A stretch of 64,000 nt of DNA from Candidatus Methylomirabilota bacterium (GTDB lineage Bacteria; Methylomirabilota; Methylomirabilia; Rokubacteriales; CSP1-6). Location of the stretch: the NCBI GenBank assembly GCA_046726415.1, contig JBKPAK010000189.1, positions 11,453 through 75,452 of the forward strand, read 5' to 3'. The notes beneath the pieces were generated by a model. The model had not been told where the DNA came from. It worked only from the letters and a program-made list of their open reading frames with translations, and searched no databases. Both the position numbers and the translations under genes were made by a program. Positions 8,270 through 18,542 of this stretch are shown here, one piece after another (position 1 is the first letter of the stretch; the number at the start of each line of letters is the position of its first letter).

Positions 8270-10702
8270 GTGAGTGTCTGCCGTGAGCCGGGGGCGGGCT
8301 CGGTAGTGGCGAGGCCGAAGACGCGTCGTTCCGCGCCGCCTGACGACGTCGCTCTGGCCGCGAGGGATCGGATCTTCGCCGGCTCCACGGCGGCAACCGT
8401 CACTGGGGTGGCGGTGCTCGCGGTGGTGCTCGCCGTCTTGCTTCGCGAATCGCTGTTTCTCGGCAGGGGACTGGTCCCGGCCGACGGAGTTCTTCGTTTC
8501 CCGCCATGGGCCCCTACCTGGCGGGTGGCGCCATCCAACTATCTGCTGGCCGACCAGTACGAGGTTTTTGTCCCGCTGCGGCAGTTCTTTCACGACGAGA
8601 TCCTGAAGGGACGCCTCCCGCTCTGGAACCCGCACCTGGGAAGCGGAATGCCGAGCCTGGCGTCGATGCAGGGGGCGGCGCTCTATCCCCTCAATTTGCT
8701 GCTGTCGCCGATCGACCCGTTCGTGGCCAGTGGCGTCGCCGCCTTCATCAAACTCCTGCTCGCGGGGACGTTCACGATGATGTACATGCGCTGCCTCGGT
8801 GTGGTGCCTGGGGCCGCGCTCTTCGCCGGGCTCGTCTACGCGCTGTCGGGATTCATGATCGTCTGGCTCGGCCATCCGCACGTGAACGGCGCCATCCTGC
8901 TTCCTCTCTTGCTGTATCTGATCGAGCGACAGTTCAATGAGCGCCTGGGATTGCGTTGCTGGATCGGCGTCGCGATCGTCTTCGGCGTCATTCTCCTCGG
9001 CGGCCATCCGCCCACGGTCGTGCACATCACCATGGCGGCGGTGGCCTATTTCGTGTTTCGGTGGGCGGAGCCCTGCAGGGAACGACGGGTGACGCGAATG
9101 CTCATGCTCGCCGGTGCCCTGACCGCGGGCGTGCTCGTGGCGGCGGCGCAGGTGCTTCCGTACCTCGAGTACTACCGCGAGAGCTCGAGCGCAGTGTCAT
9201 CCGCTGCTCTAGACCGAGCGGGCAGTCGTCTCGCACCGCACACGCTGATTCACTTCTTCCTGCCGTTTCTGTCCGGAAGCCCGGCGGCCGGCTTCGAGCA
9301 TGTGCCGGCCGCCCTCGGACTTTGGTCGCCATCACCGAACAATAACTTCAACGAGCGGACGGCGTACGTGGGGGTGCTCGCCCTTTTTCTGGCCTTCGTC
9401 GGCGCCATTCGGCGGCGCTGCCGGGTCGGCCTCTTCCACGCCGGTCTGGCGCTTGTCTGCCTCCTCATCATCTACGGTGTCCCGCCCTGGCCGACCGTCA
9501 TGCGCGCCCTGCCCGGGTTGAAGGACGTGAACCATCAGCGCCTGCTGCTCGTCGTCGACTGGAGCCTGGCCGTGCTCGCCGGGCTCGGCCTGGACACGCT
9601 GGCTCGCGCGCGCGCGCGGACGCAGTGGCGAGCGCTGGCCATCGCGTTCACCGCCGCCGTGATCCTCGGGCTCGCGGCACTCTGGAGTGTGATCGGCTCC
9701 CCATTCGCGAGGCTCGACGGGCCGGCGCGTTCATTCCTCATGGGGCAGATGGGGGTCCTGGGGGCCGGGCTGCTCGTCACCATACTCGCGACGCTCGGGC
9801 GGCTGCCGGGGCGCTGGGTCCAGGCCATCTGCGTGGGATGGGCGGCGATGGACCTTCTGTGGTTCGCGACTGGATACAACCCGGCGATTTCCCGGGAGCG
9901 CTACTATCCCCCCACCGAGTCCATCCGCTTCCTTCAGAGCGATCCATCCACCTTCCGGGTGCTGGGCCTGTCGGCCGTGCTTGTGCCCAACACGGCCCAG
10001 GTCTACGGCCTCGACGATGCACGGGGCATCGACTTCACTTCCCTGAGACGTTACGAGGAGATGATCACCGGTCACGCGGGAAACTTCTGGTTCTACCGGC
10101 TCGCCGACCGCCTGCCCCCGCCGCTCGATCTGCTGAACGTGAAGTACGTGCTGGTGCCCCAGCGTCCCACCGTCCCCGAGGGGTTCGAGCTCGTGTACGA
10201 CAAGGAGATCGCCATCCTCCGATACCGACACCATCGGGAGCGTGCGTTGATCGTGTTCGAGCATCGAGTCGAGTCGCCAGAGACCATCCTGCAGACCGTG
10301 CGCTCGGGCGGCTTCGATCCGGAGCGGATGCTGCTCCTCGAAGAGAAACCGGAGTTGCCCCCCGGGGCCGTCGACCCCGGCATCTCCGCCGCACAGGTCC
10401 GGATCGCGAAGTATGAGCCCGACGAGGTCACGGTCGAGGCAGTCACGCCGCGCCCAGGGTTCCTCTTGCTCCTGGACAACTACTTTCCGGGGTGGAAGGC
10501 GTACGTGGCCGAGCGCGAGGTGCCTCTCTATCGCGCCGACTTCACCTTTCGCGCGGTCGCGTTGCCGGCTGGGCGGTGGACGGTGAGGTTCGTGTACCGG
10601 CCCGTGAGCTTCCGCGCCGGGGCCGCGATATCGCTGACGGTCGTCGTGGCGCTCACAGTCCTGTGGTTCGGCGAACGCCGTCTATGCGTGAACGAACCTT
10701 GA
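8270..10702 (+). CDS. YfhO-family membrane protein (GT-C-type glycosyltransferase)
   Basis: Motifs GRLPLWNPHLGSGMP, YPLNLL, YALSGFM, LLGGHP, LDLLNVKYV and LLDNYFPGWKAYV...FRAVALPAG; multiple TM segments. Confidence 0.9.
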   Translation: MSVCREPGAGSVVARPKTRRSAPPDDVALAARDRIFAGSTAATVTGVAVLAVVLAVLLRESLFLGRGLVPADGVLRFPPWAPTWRVAPSNYLLADQYEVFVPLRQFFHDEILKGRLPLWNPHLGSGMPSLASMQGAALYPLNLLLSPIDPFVASGVAAFIKLLLAGTFTMMYMRCLGVVPGAALFAGLVYALSGFMIVWLGHPHVNGAILLPLLLYLIERQFNERLGLRCWIGVAIVFGVILLGGHPPTVVHITMAAVAYFVFRWAEPCRERRVTRMLMLAGALTAGVLVAAAQVLPYLEYYRESSSAVSSAALDRAGSRLAPHTLIHFFLPFLSGSPAAGFEHVPAALGLWSPSPNNNFNERTAYVGVLALFLAFVGAIRRRCRVGLFHAGLALVCLLIIYGVPPWPTVMRALPGLKDVNHQRLLLVVDWSLAVLAGLGLDTLARARARTQWRALAIAFTAAVILGLAALWSVIGSPFARLDGPARSFLMGQMGVLGAGLLVTILATLGRLPGRWVQAICVGWAAMDLLWFATGYNPAISRERYYPPTESIRFLQSDPSTFRVLGLSAVLVPNTAQVYGLDDARGIDFTSLRRYEEMITGHAGNFWFYRLADRLPPPLDLLNVKYVLVPQRPTVPEGFELVYDKEIAILRYRHHRERALIVFEHRVESPETILQTVRSGGFDPERMLLLEEKPELPPGAVDPGISAAQVRIAKYEPDEVTVEAVTPRPGFLLLLDNYFPGWKAYVAEREVPLYRADFTFRAVALPAGRWTVRFVYRPVSFRAGAAISLTVVVALTVLWFGERRLCVNEP

Positions 10703-10854
10703 GTAGCCGGCTCGCCATTCGGCACCGGCGGGGCGATGACGGCCCTGACAGGCTGTGAAATCTCCGTGTCCCGGTGCCTCGGTGGTGAAGGTGTTCTTGT
10801 CACATCAGCATTCGTAGAGCGGTTCGGCGTTTCTCGTGGCCCTCGACATCGAAG

Positions 10855-11616
10855 TCATCGCAAATCGGTCGCGAGCTCAGCGCCGGATCTCCCGGGCGCG
10901 GCGAAGATGTGCAACTTTGGATAAATTGCGAACGGCATCTTGAGCCAGCGGATCGACATGAACACGGGATACCACGCCCAGTAGTTGAACCCCTCGGGGT
11001 CGATCCGGCGCGCCTCGCACGACCCGAAGCGCGCCCGCAGCATGCGCTCGTAGAACCCCCGAGTGTACATCACGACCAGGGGCTGATTGAATGCCTTCAG
11101 GAATCCCCGGGTGAGCGGTAGCAGACCTCGCTGCAGCGGGTACCAAGCCGGGTGTGGGCAGTACTCCAGAATGAACACCCTCCCCGGCGGGCGCAGCCAG
11201 CGCTGGGCCCGCGCCATCGCCTCGTCGATGCGCGCCTCAGACGACCGCCAGCTTCCCTGCGGCGTGTGATGCAGCATCAGCGGAAAGACGACCGAATCGA
11301 AGCTCCCCGGGTGGAACTCGCACGTGTAGAGGTCACCGATGATGCCACGTGCGCGCGGCGGGCAGTACACCTTGAGCATCTCCGGCGACAGGTCGAGGAC
11401 GGTGAGGTTACGCAGATGGTCACCCCACGCGAAGAAGTCCCAGATCCCGCCGATCGCCAGGGCATCACCGCGCACCTCGGTGTTCAGGTAATCGGCGGCG
11501 ACGAGGTCGAGCTTACCCGTCATGCGCTTCAGCGCCTCGTAGTGATTCGTCGCCTGCTGTCGGTCGAAGAACTCACGAAGTTTTTGATGCGATGGGGACT
11601 GCCGCGCTTGTGTCAT
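10855..11616 (-). CDS. Class I SAM-dependent methyltransferase
   Basis: Motifs LTVLDLSPEML and GSFDSVVFPLMLHH, plus LRPPGRVFILE. Motif I is atypical (ALAIGGIWD). Overlaps the oxygenase stop by 4 bp. Confidence 0.75.
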   Translation of the reverse strand: MTQARQSPSHQKLREFFDRQQATNHYEALKRMTGKLDLVAADYLNTEVRGDALAIGGIWDFFAWGDHLRNLTVLDLSPEMLKVYCPPRARGIIGDLYTCEFHPGSFDSVVFPLMLHHTPQGSWRSSEARIDEAMARAQRWLRPPGRVFILEYCPHPAWYPLQRGLLPLTRGFLKAFNQPLVVMYTRGFYERMLRARFGSCEARRIDPEGFNYWAWYPVFMSIRWLKMPFAIYPKLHIFAAPGRSGAELATDLR

Positions 11617-12503
11617 GGGTTGCCTTCTACGTCTTCACGGTCCTTCCGTCGGCCGAGACGCTTGAGCAGGTCGCTGGCGAAGCGGTCGCTGAGGCCAAAC
11701 CTGCGCTTCACTTTGTCGTAGCCGCGCAGAGCCATCTTATCGAGATAGATCCACACGGCCCGCGCCCCATCGCCCGGGCGCGCGCGATACTCCGTCGAGC
11801 GCACCATGAACGGCTGCGGCTCGTCGGTGAAGTAGTAGAGCGCCAGTGACTTGCGCGTGAACGAGGTGGGACAGATCATCGGGTCCGGATGCCCGTGAAA
11901 CGAGTCAGGATCGGTGCGGAAGATGACGGCTCGGTTGAACACCGGCGCGATGCGCTGAACGCAGCGCTTGATCTGCCGATCCCAGAGTTCCAGCTGGCCG
12001 CCGTACGACTCCTGCCAGTCGCGGTTCAAGTACACCAGGAGATTGACACGGCGGCGCCAGCGCGCGTGGTGCGGGTGCCCGGTGAAGTCGGCGTGTATGT
12101 TCAGGTAGCCGCCATTTCCCGACTGGTGCAGCCCGCCGCCCATCAGCGCCTCGTCGGCGATCAGTGCTTCGATGCCGGTGAGCTGCTCGACAAAGCGCAC
12201 GAAGCGCGTCGAGTTGAGCTCGTCGATGGTGGCGCGGAGAGCGGGCCTGAAGGAGCCGCGGTCGGACTTCCCGTACTTGCGCTCGTTGACGTGCGTGTAG
12301 TGGATCCACTCGCTCGAATCGAGGGGGGGGAACTCGCGCAGGCACAGATCCGCGGCCGCGGGGCTCAGGAAGTCGTCGATGACGAGGTGGGGGTACGGGT
12401 CGGCCTCACGAAAGCGTCGGGCCAGCTCTTCCAGCTGAGCCGTCCAGCGCGCATACGGCAGAATCCCACCCTCCGAATGGCGTTCGACGGCGCCGCTCTC
12501 CAT
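11613..12503 (-). CDS. 2OG-Fe(II) oxygenase superfamily protein
   Basis: Motifs PYPHLVIDDFL, GGGLHQ, HADF (HxD), RRVNLLVYLN, GGQLELW, SFHGHP (distal His) and RKSLALYY (2OG-binding Arg). Confidence 0.92.
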   Translation of the reverse strand: MESGAVERHSEGGILPYARWTAQLEELARRFREADPYPHLVIDDFLSPAAADLCLREFPPLDSSEWIHYTHVNERKYGKSDRGSFRPALRATIDELNSTRFVRFVEQLTGIEALIADEALMGGGLHQSGNGGYLNIHADFTGHPHHARWRRRVNLLVYLNRDWQESYGGQLELWDRQIKRCVQRIAPVFNRAVIFRTDPDSFHGHPDPMICPTSFTRKSLALYYFTDEPQPFMVRSTEYRARPGDGARAVWIYLDKMALRGYDKVKRRFGLSDRFASDLLKRLGRRKDREDVEGNP

Positions 12504-12589
12504 GTTGTCGCCCCTTCGAAGCTCTATTCAGACCACCTTCTTCTGTACGCGCCATTGAGGAGCTCTGCGGTGGATGCTTGCCCCTCACG

Positions 12590-12930
12590 GATCCCTTCTG
12601 TCGCTTCTGCCTCGCGGCGGACAACCCTCGCACCGCGCCGATCCCGTAGGCGAGCATCTGCGTCACCGGGCGCACCGTCCTGGACGCGCTCCTCCACGCC
12701 CGTGGTTCCCGTGACGGGGCACTGTCCCGAGAACGTCGGCGAGTACCGGTTCTTCGTCCCCGCCTGATCAATCGATGCCGTCGCCGCCGAACGCCTTCGT
12801 CTCCCCCTCTGTCCAGCCCCCCACGACCAACTCGTGAATGGGGCCGTCGCGGAGCGGAGGGAGCGAGCGCACCAGGGCGAACCACCTAGAGGCCTGGTGG
12901 GCGGTCGGCGACGGCGGTGACCGAGCGTTC
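12590..12930 (-). pseudogene. Probable decayed glycosyltransferase remnant
   Basis: Broken frames include PVTQMLAYGIGAVRGL (GT2-like C-terminal helix) and an HELVV-like stretch. It sits between two co-oriented glycan genes. Confidence 0.3.
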
Positions 12931-12962
12931 GCGAAGGCGTCACGCCCCGGGTGGAAGATGCC

Positions 12963-14123
12963 TCATCGCGGGCCCGTGAATTCCGACGGCACCCGGTTCG
13001 GTTTCCCAGCTCGGGCGAGCACCGTCTTGTACACGTGGACATGCTCGGTGCAGATCTGGCGAAGCGCGGCGTCCTCATCGCGGCGCGAGGACGCGCCTCG
13101 GCGCAGGAGCGCGGGAAGCAAGTCGACGATATTCGTGGCCGTGAAGCGTTCCTCCGCGACGAAGTGCACGTCGGGATAGCGGCCGGTGACCGAGTCGGGC
13201 GTGTTGGCGCCCATGGTGGTGATCAGGGGAGTGCCGTGAGCGACCACCACGTGGAACGTCGTATTGCGCATGGCGACGCCACCCGCGAACGGAAGAACGC
13301 AGGCATCGGCAGTCTGGAGGTACCTCGAAACGCGGTCCGCGGAGAGAAAGCCCGTCCACCGCACGCGATCGGCGATGCCGCGCTCGATGGCCAGTCGAAT
13401 GAGCGACTGAAGGTAGCGCTCGCCCTCGGCGGCGGCATACTCGGCCACTCCGCCAATCATGAGCAGAACGGCCACACGCTTTCGTCGCCCGAGCTCGGCG
13501 AGCACGTCGAGCAGAATCTCGAGCCGATGGACGGGCTTGATGAGCCCGAAGAAGGCGAGCACGGGGGTCGACTCGTCGACGCCCAGCTCTCGCCGCACGG
13601 CGGCGACGTCGGCCGGCGTGACGGGAATGCTGGTCGTCTGGCGGACGACGGTGACGCGATCCTTGAGGAAGGGAACGGCGCGCCGGAGCCGCGCCCCTTC
13701 GACTTCATCGGGGGTGATCACGTGGTTAGCCAAGCTGGCCAGAAGCATCGAGGCGAACCGCCCCAGGCCCCGGCGGGCTGACCACTCGTGGATCGTCACC
13801 ACCGTCGGTACGCCGAGGGTGAGACGCGCGACGAGCGGCAGAAAGAGGATCGCCAGCGAGCGGCCATACCCGGCGGCGGGATATTGGATGTGGAGGAGAT
13901 CGGCGCGGACGGCGCGCAGCAGCCTGGGGAGCTGAAGAACGCGCCAGTTGGGGAGCAGCGGCAGCACGCCGCCCTCGTCCCGCGCGTCAACCTCGGGGTG
14001 GCGCGTGGTGATCACGCGAACCCGCAGGCCCTGAGCGCGCAGGCCCGCCGCGAGCGTTGCCGTGTGATCGCCCACCCCACAGGGGATCGGCGGATAGGAG
14101 CCGCAAACAACGCAGACCGTCAT
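12963..14123 (-). CDS. Family 4 glycosyltransferase (GT-B)
   Basis: Motifs GSYPPIPCGVGDHT, LLHIQYP, VVTIHE, AFFGLIKP, WTGFLS, ADACVLPF and GTPLITT. Confidence 0.9.
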   Translation of the reverse strand: MTVCVVCGSYPPIPCGVGDHTATLAAGLRAQGLRVRVITTRHPEVDARDEGGVLPLLPNWRVLQLPRLLRAVRADLLHIQYPAAGYGRSLAILFLPLVARLTLGVPTVVTIHEWSARRGLGRFASMLLASLANHVITPDEVEGARLRRAVPFLKDRVTVVRQTTSIPVTPADVAAVRRELGVDESTPVLAFFGLIKPVHRLEILLDVLAELGRRKRVAVLLMIGGVAEYAAAEGERYLQSLIRLAIERGIADRVRWTGFLSADRVSRYLQTADACVLPFAGGVAMRNTTFHVVVAHGTPLITTMGANTPDSVTGRYPDVHFVAEERFTATNIVDLLPALLRRGASSRRDEDAALRQICTEHVHVYKTVLARAGKPNRVPSEFTGPR

Positions 14124-14247
14124 CGTCTTTCGGCTCTGTCACTGGCGATGGCGTTCGCCGGGGCCGCTCGGTGGGCGTTCGGTGGGTAGCCGTCGTCGGT
14201 CAACAAATCGATGCTAGCACAGCATTTGCCGGGCGCCGGCCCGCGTC

Positions 14248-14410
14248 GAGGAGTGCCGAGGGCAGGCCCGACTGTACGTCGCATTCCCTCTCCTTCACGT
14301 TCCGGGTTGTGAGAATTGAGCCGGGGCGGGTCGCGCTCTGAGCTCGACGTTCGGAGGTGTCTGGCCAGCCACGTCGAGCAGCGGGAGACGTCGATGACGA
14401 CGTGGGCGCG
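14248..14410 (-). repeat. Collapsed degenerate duplicate of 18118-18590
   Basis: Three collinear blocks: 14248-14322 ~ 18118-18195 (GT4 5' end), 14344-14380 ~ 18452-18488 (intergenic motif), and 14387-14406 ~ 18567-18586 (encodes HVVIDV). Confidence 0.8.
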
Positions 14411-14565
14411 CTTGGTTCGGCGTGGCGGACTAGGCTAAGGGCTCGACGGGCCGCTGTCCAGCTGCCCGTGAAACGTCATCCGGTTGGTCCGGTGCCTGCT
14501 CCAGAACAGATGGCCCACTTGAAGGTGTAGGCGCACGCTTTCGCGACGCGAAACGGCAAGGGTCG

Positions 14566-15214
14566 CTAACCGGCGACAACTCGACCCGGGACAGCTCCGT
14601 TGACGGCCATGTAGATCCGATCGTCGTTGAATGGATCCACGTGCACCTCCGGTCGATCGAAGCCGCCCTGGGTGGTAGTGCAGTCGGTCGATCGGAACAC
14701 GTACTCCACGCCACGACTAGTCGAGCCAGGACTGGTGCAGGGAAGGCCGAGCGTGGCGTGATCGTCGTCCCGCCTAACCCCCTGATGAATCAAGAGCAGG
14801 TCACCCCCGGGCAGACGCAGTAACTGGGAGTCGTTTGAGCCCTGCGGTCCACAACTCCCGCCACAGCCTTGTTCCGTCGTCGCAGTCGAGAACCCCTGCC
14901 GCGGTGACGAGTGGCCACTGACTCGAGCCGTAGACGACATCGCTCGTCGGGGAGCAGTGCGATCTATCTCCCTCGAAGCACGCCATACTCGATCGCCAGA
15001 TTCGTGGAGTCGAGTCAACGGAAAATAGAATCGCACCCTTCGGGCCACAATGGCCTCTGTGCGGCGGCACGGCGAGCGCAACGTGCTCCCAAGTCGGAAT
15101 GGCCACGAGCTTGTCGTTTACTGTGTTCACGAAATGGGTGGGAGGTCGGAAAAAAAGGAAAGGGGAGAGTGACAATGTATCACACCCAGACAGGATGATG
15201 AGCGTCGCGGGCAC
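14566..15214 (-). pseudogene. Fragmented putative lipoprotein with sialidase/BNR-like segments
   Basis: ORF 14801..15214 begins with a lipobox-like LIILSGC. An overlapping frame has NDSQLLRLPGGDLLLIHQG, YVFRSTDC (Asp-box-like) and GFDRPEVHVDPFNDDRIYM. Confidence 0.4.
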
Positions 15215-15491
15215 GATTACCCCGAACCGCAGAGAGGCTGCGCTGCCGAGCCATCATCGTCTGCTGCGAGGACGTGAGGAGGGTACATCCCAGAACCCAC
15301 CAGAGCGACCGTCAAGAGCAGAAGCCACATCGGGGTTCGCATTGTCATCTCCTCGGCCACCCTTTCCCTACCTCGTCAGAGGAAGACATTCGCGCCCCCG
15401 GCGACCACGGCGCGCGGCGCACGGAGTGGCAGGACGGGTGAAAGCCGCTGCCTCAAATTTGCGTAGGTGGCGGCGTCCCTCCCCGTCCACG

Positions 15492-16482
15492 TTCGAGCGC
15501 GTCTACGCGCTACGCAACGACTATCCCTTCGCCTCGGTCAATATGAGCATCGGCGGTGGACGCTTCTTCTCAACTGCGACTCGGATGCTCGAAAGGTGGC
15601 GATTGACAACCTCAAGTCCGTTGGGATCGCCACCGTCATCTCCTCGGGCAACGACGGCTTCACCGATTCCATGAGTGCCCCCGCATGTATCTCAACCGCC
15701 TGAGCGTGGGCTCCACGCAGGATGGTTCCTTAGGCACGACGACGGACGCCATTTCGAGCTTCTCTAACAGCGCGTCCTTTCTCTCGCTGCTCGCTCCGGG
15801 CCAGCCGATCAACTCCCCGATCCCTGGCAACGCCTTTGCGAACTTCCAGGGAACCTCCATGGCGGCTCCCCACGTGGCGGGCGCCTGGGCCATGCTCAAG
15901 CAGACGACGCCGTCGGCGACGGTGCCGGAGATCCTCAGGGCGCTTCAGACGACCGGGCTGCCGATCACCGACCCACGCAACGGCATCACCACGTCTCGCA
16001 TCGAGATCTTCGACGCGTTACCGGCAATCGGCCCTCCGCCCGACGGGTACAAAACCTACACCGTCGCGCCGTGCCGGCTCGTCGACACCGGTCTCGCGGG
16101 CGGCCCCATCGCCGCCCACGGCTTTCGAGCGTTCTTGGCCGCCGGAGCGCTCAGCGGGCAGGGCGGAGCATCTGACTGCCTCGTCCCACTGGGGCCCAGC
16201 AAGGCCGTGCACATCAATGTGGTAGCGGTGAACCCAAGCGGCCCTGGCCACCTCACCATCCATCCGTACCCGACGCCACTTCCCCTCGCGAGCACCCTCA
16301 ATTTCTCAACGGGCGAGACCATCGCGAACGGCGTCTTGATCCCAATCTGCGATTCAAGCGTCACGTCGTGCTCGTATGATTTCACGGTAACCATGGGACC
16401 CACGGCCGCTCACGTGGTCATCGATGTGACCGGTTACCTGGCCCCCACCGCCGTGATAGGGAGAGAAGCCCCGACTCATTGA
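15492..16482 (+). pseudogene. N-terminally truncated, frameshifted subtilase (S8) with the C-terminal 'PCR/DVTGY' domain
   Basis: Three frames join as SVNMSIGGG / VISSGNDG...APACIS / SVGS...SSFSN...LLAPG...GTSMAAPHVAG. One-base shifts at about 15570 and 15700. The catalytic Asp and His regions are absent. Confidence 0.85.
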
Positions 16483-16506
16483 CCGCCGGCACAGGAGGGG
16501 AACGAG

Positions 16507-17012
16507 GTGACGATGACCCAGCGGTGTGTTGGCGCGCTACTTTCAGTATCCGTCTTGGTTGGCGCGTTCTGCGCCGGGGCGACGCCCACCCGGGCGGGCG
16601 GGCCCTACGATACGCTTACCGTCCCACCCTGTCGGATTGTCGACACCCGGATCGTCGGCGGCCCATTCCCCCCTCCGGCTCCAGGAGCTTCCAGGTCGCC
16701 GGAACCTTTCCGAGTCAGGGGGGACAGACGAACTGTGGAGTGCCCTTGGGACCAGCCAAAGGCGTGTTCATCAACGTTGTGGCAGTGGGACCTAGCGGAC
16801 TGGGCCATCTCACCGTCCACCCTTGGCCGTCGTCCCTGCCGTTGGCCAGCACATTGAATTTCTCTGCCGGCCAAACGATCGCCAACGGCGTCCTCGTGCC
16901 GATCTGCGACACCGACACCGTCTCCTGCTCATTCGATTTCACGGTTACCATGGGCCCGGCATCGGCGCACATCGTGATCGATGTCACCGGCTATCTCCAG
17001 CCGACTCCGTGA
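16507..17012 (+). pseudogene. Secreted stand-alone 'PCR/DVTGY' domain protein, split by one frameshift (possibly a sequencing error)
   Basis: Signal peptide MTQRCVGALLSVSVLVGAFCAGA, then TVPPCRIVDTR. Adding one C at about 16662 joins it to ...[15 protein letters not shown]...HIVIDVTGY. Confidence 0.8.
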
Positions 17013-17088
17013 TATCGGCTTTGCACCGCTGCCTCGGGGAGGATCGGGTAGCTCAGCCATTCGGCCCTTGGCGGACGCTCATCGCAGC

Positions 17089-18204
17089 TCAGCGTGTCGC
17101 GACAGCGCGGTACACCGCCAGCGTGCGACGGGCGGTCTCCTCCCAGGAGTACTGGCGGCTCCGCACCAGGCCGCGCCGGGCCAGTTCATCCGCGAGGGCG
17201 CGATCGAGAAGGACCCGCCCCATCGCGGCCGCCAGCGCCTCGACGTCTTCGGGGTCGACCAGCAGACCCGCATCGCCGACGAGCTCTGGTATGGAAGCTC
17301 GCGTCGAGGCGATCACCGGAGTACCGCACGCCATCGCCTCGAGGATCGGAAGCCCGAACCCCTCGAAGAGCGAAGGATACACGAAGGCGGCCGCGGCGCT
17401 GTAGAAGGCCGGAAGATCCTCCTCAGGCAGGAGACCAACCCACCGTACCCTGCGGTCCTGGCTTGGCTGACCCGTCTGCTTGAGCATCTGCTCGGCTCCG
17501 AAGTCGGGCTTGCCAGCAACGACCACCTGGGGGTCCGCAGTGCCGCTCGTCCTGAGGAGGACGGCTGCGCGGATGAGTCGACCGAGATTCTTCCTCCGAT
17601 TCAGCCGGCCGAGCGCGAAGACGAAGCCGGGCTGGAGGCCGTAACGCGAGAGCACCTTGACCGCGTCGTTGACCGGGCAGGGCCGAAGGCTTGTCTGCGC
17701 GGCCAGTGGGATCGCCGTGATCCGATCGGAGTCGACGCCGTAGCGGTTCGCGATGTCTCGCCGGGAAAATTCGGAGTCGGTGATGATGTGCGACGCTCGG
17801 GCGAGGCTCTTCGGGACGAGCACGCGCATGGCTACCCGCAGCCCTCGTGGAAAGGCCTCTGGTACGTGGAGGAAGCCGAGGTCGTGAATGGTGACGACGA
17901 GAGGTCCACCGTAGCCCAGTGGAGTGAAGTACTGCACATGCAAACAGTCGACCCTGGCGCGAGCAGCGGCCCGGCCGAGAGCGAAGGCGAGGCGGGCAAC
18001 ACCGGCACCCTGCGTGACGCGCACCGTCTGAAGCGGGCGCCGACCATCGAGGGCACCATAGAAACGGTGCGCGGGATCCGCCGCGAAGAGGGTGAGGTCG
18101 TCCTTGCCGTTGCCGTTGAGGAGTGCCGAGATCAGGCCCCGACAGTACGTCGCATTCCCCTCACCTTCACGTTCCGCGCTATGAGAATCGATCCCGACAT
18201 TCAT
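17089..18204 (-). CDS. Family 4 glycosyltransferase (MtfB/WbaZ-like)
   Basis: Motifs [46 protein letters not shown] and [10 protein letters not shown]. Confidence 0.95.
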   Translation of the reverse strand: MNVGIDSHSAEREGEGNATYCRGLISALLNGNGKDDLTLFAADPAHRFYGALDGRRPLQTVRVTQGAGVARLAFALGRAAARARVDCLHVQYFTPLGYGGPLVVTIHDLGFLHVPEAFPRGLRVAMRVLVPKSLARASHIITDSEFSRRDIANRYGVDSDRITAIPLAAQTSLRPCPVNDAVKVLSRYGLQPGFVFALGRLNRRKNLGRLIRAAVLLRTSGTADPQVVVAGKPDFGAEQMLKQTGQPSQDRRVRWVGLLPEEDLPAFYSAAAAFVYPSLFEGFGLPILEAMACGTPVIASTRASIPELVGDAGLLVDPEDVEALAAAMGRVLLDRALADELARRGLVRSRQYSWEETARRTLAVYRAVATR

Positions 18205-18542
18205 CGGGCGGCCCGGCGAGCCGATCCAAGATGACGAGAGCCCGCGAGCCTCTTTTGGGCGAGGTCCCCTCTATCTTGCCAAAGTACTGACGGGGATACT
18301 CTCATCCTTTTCCGTTCCGTCACTCACAGTATGGTCGTTCCTCGCCGTTTCTCGATGGGCGAACCGGGCCGCGCCACCAAACGCTGGTATCGACGCGAGT
18401 GTCAACATGACCAGGCGGCGGTTGCTGATCTCGCGTCGCGCCCCGCGACGTTCGACGTTCCGAGGTGTCCGGCCAGCCCCATCGAGCAACCAACAGAACG
18501 ATGATGCAATGTGTGGTACTGGAGCACGGACCCGCCTAAATT

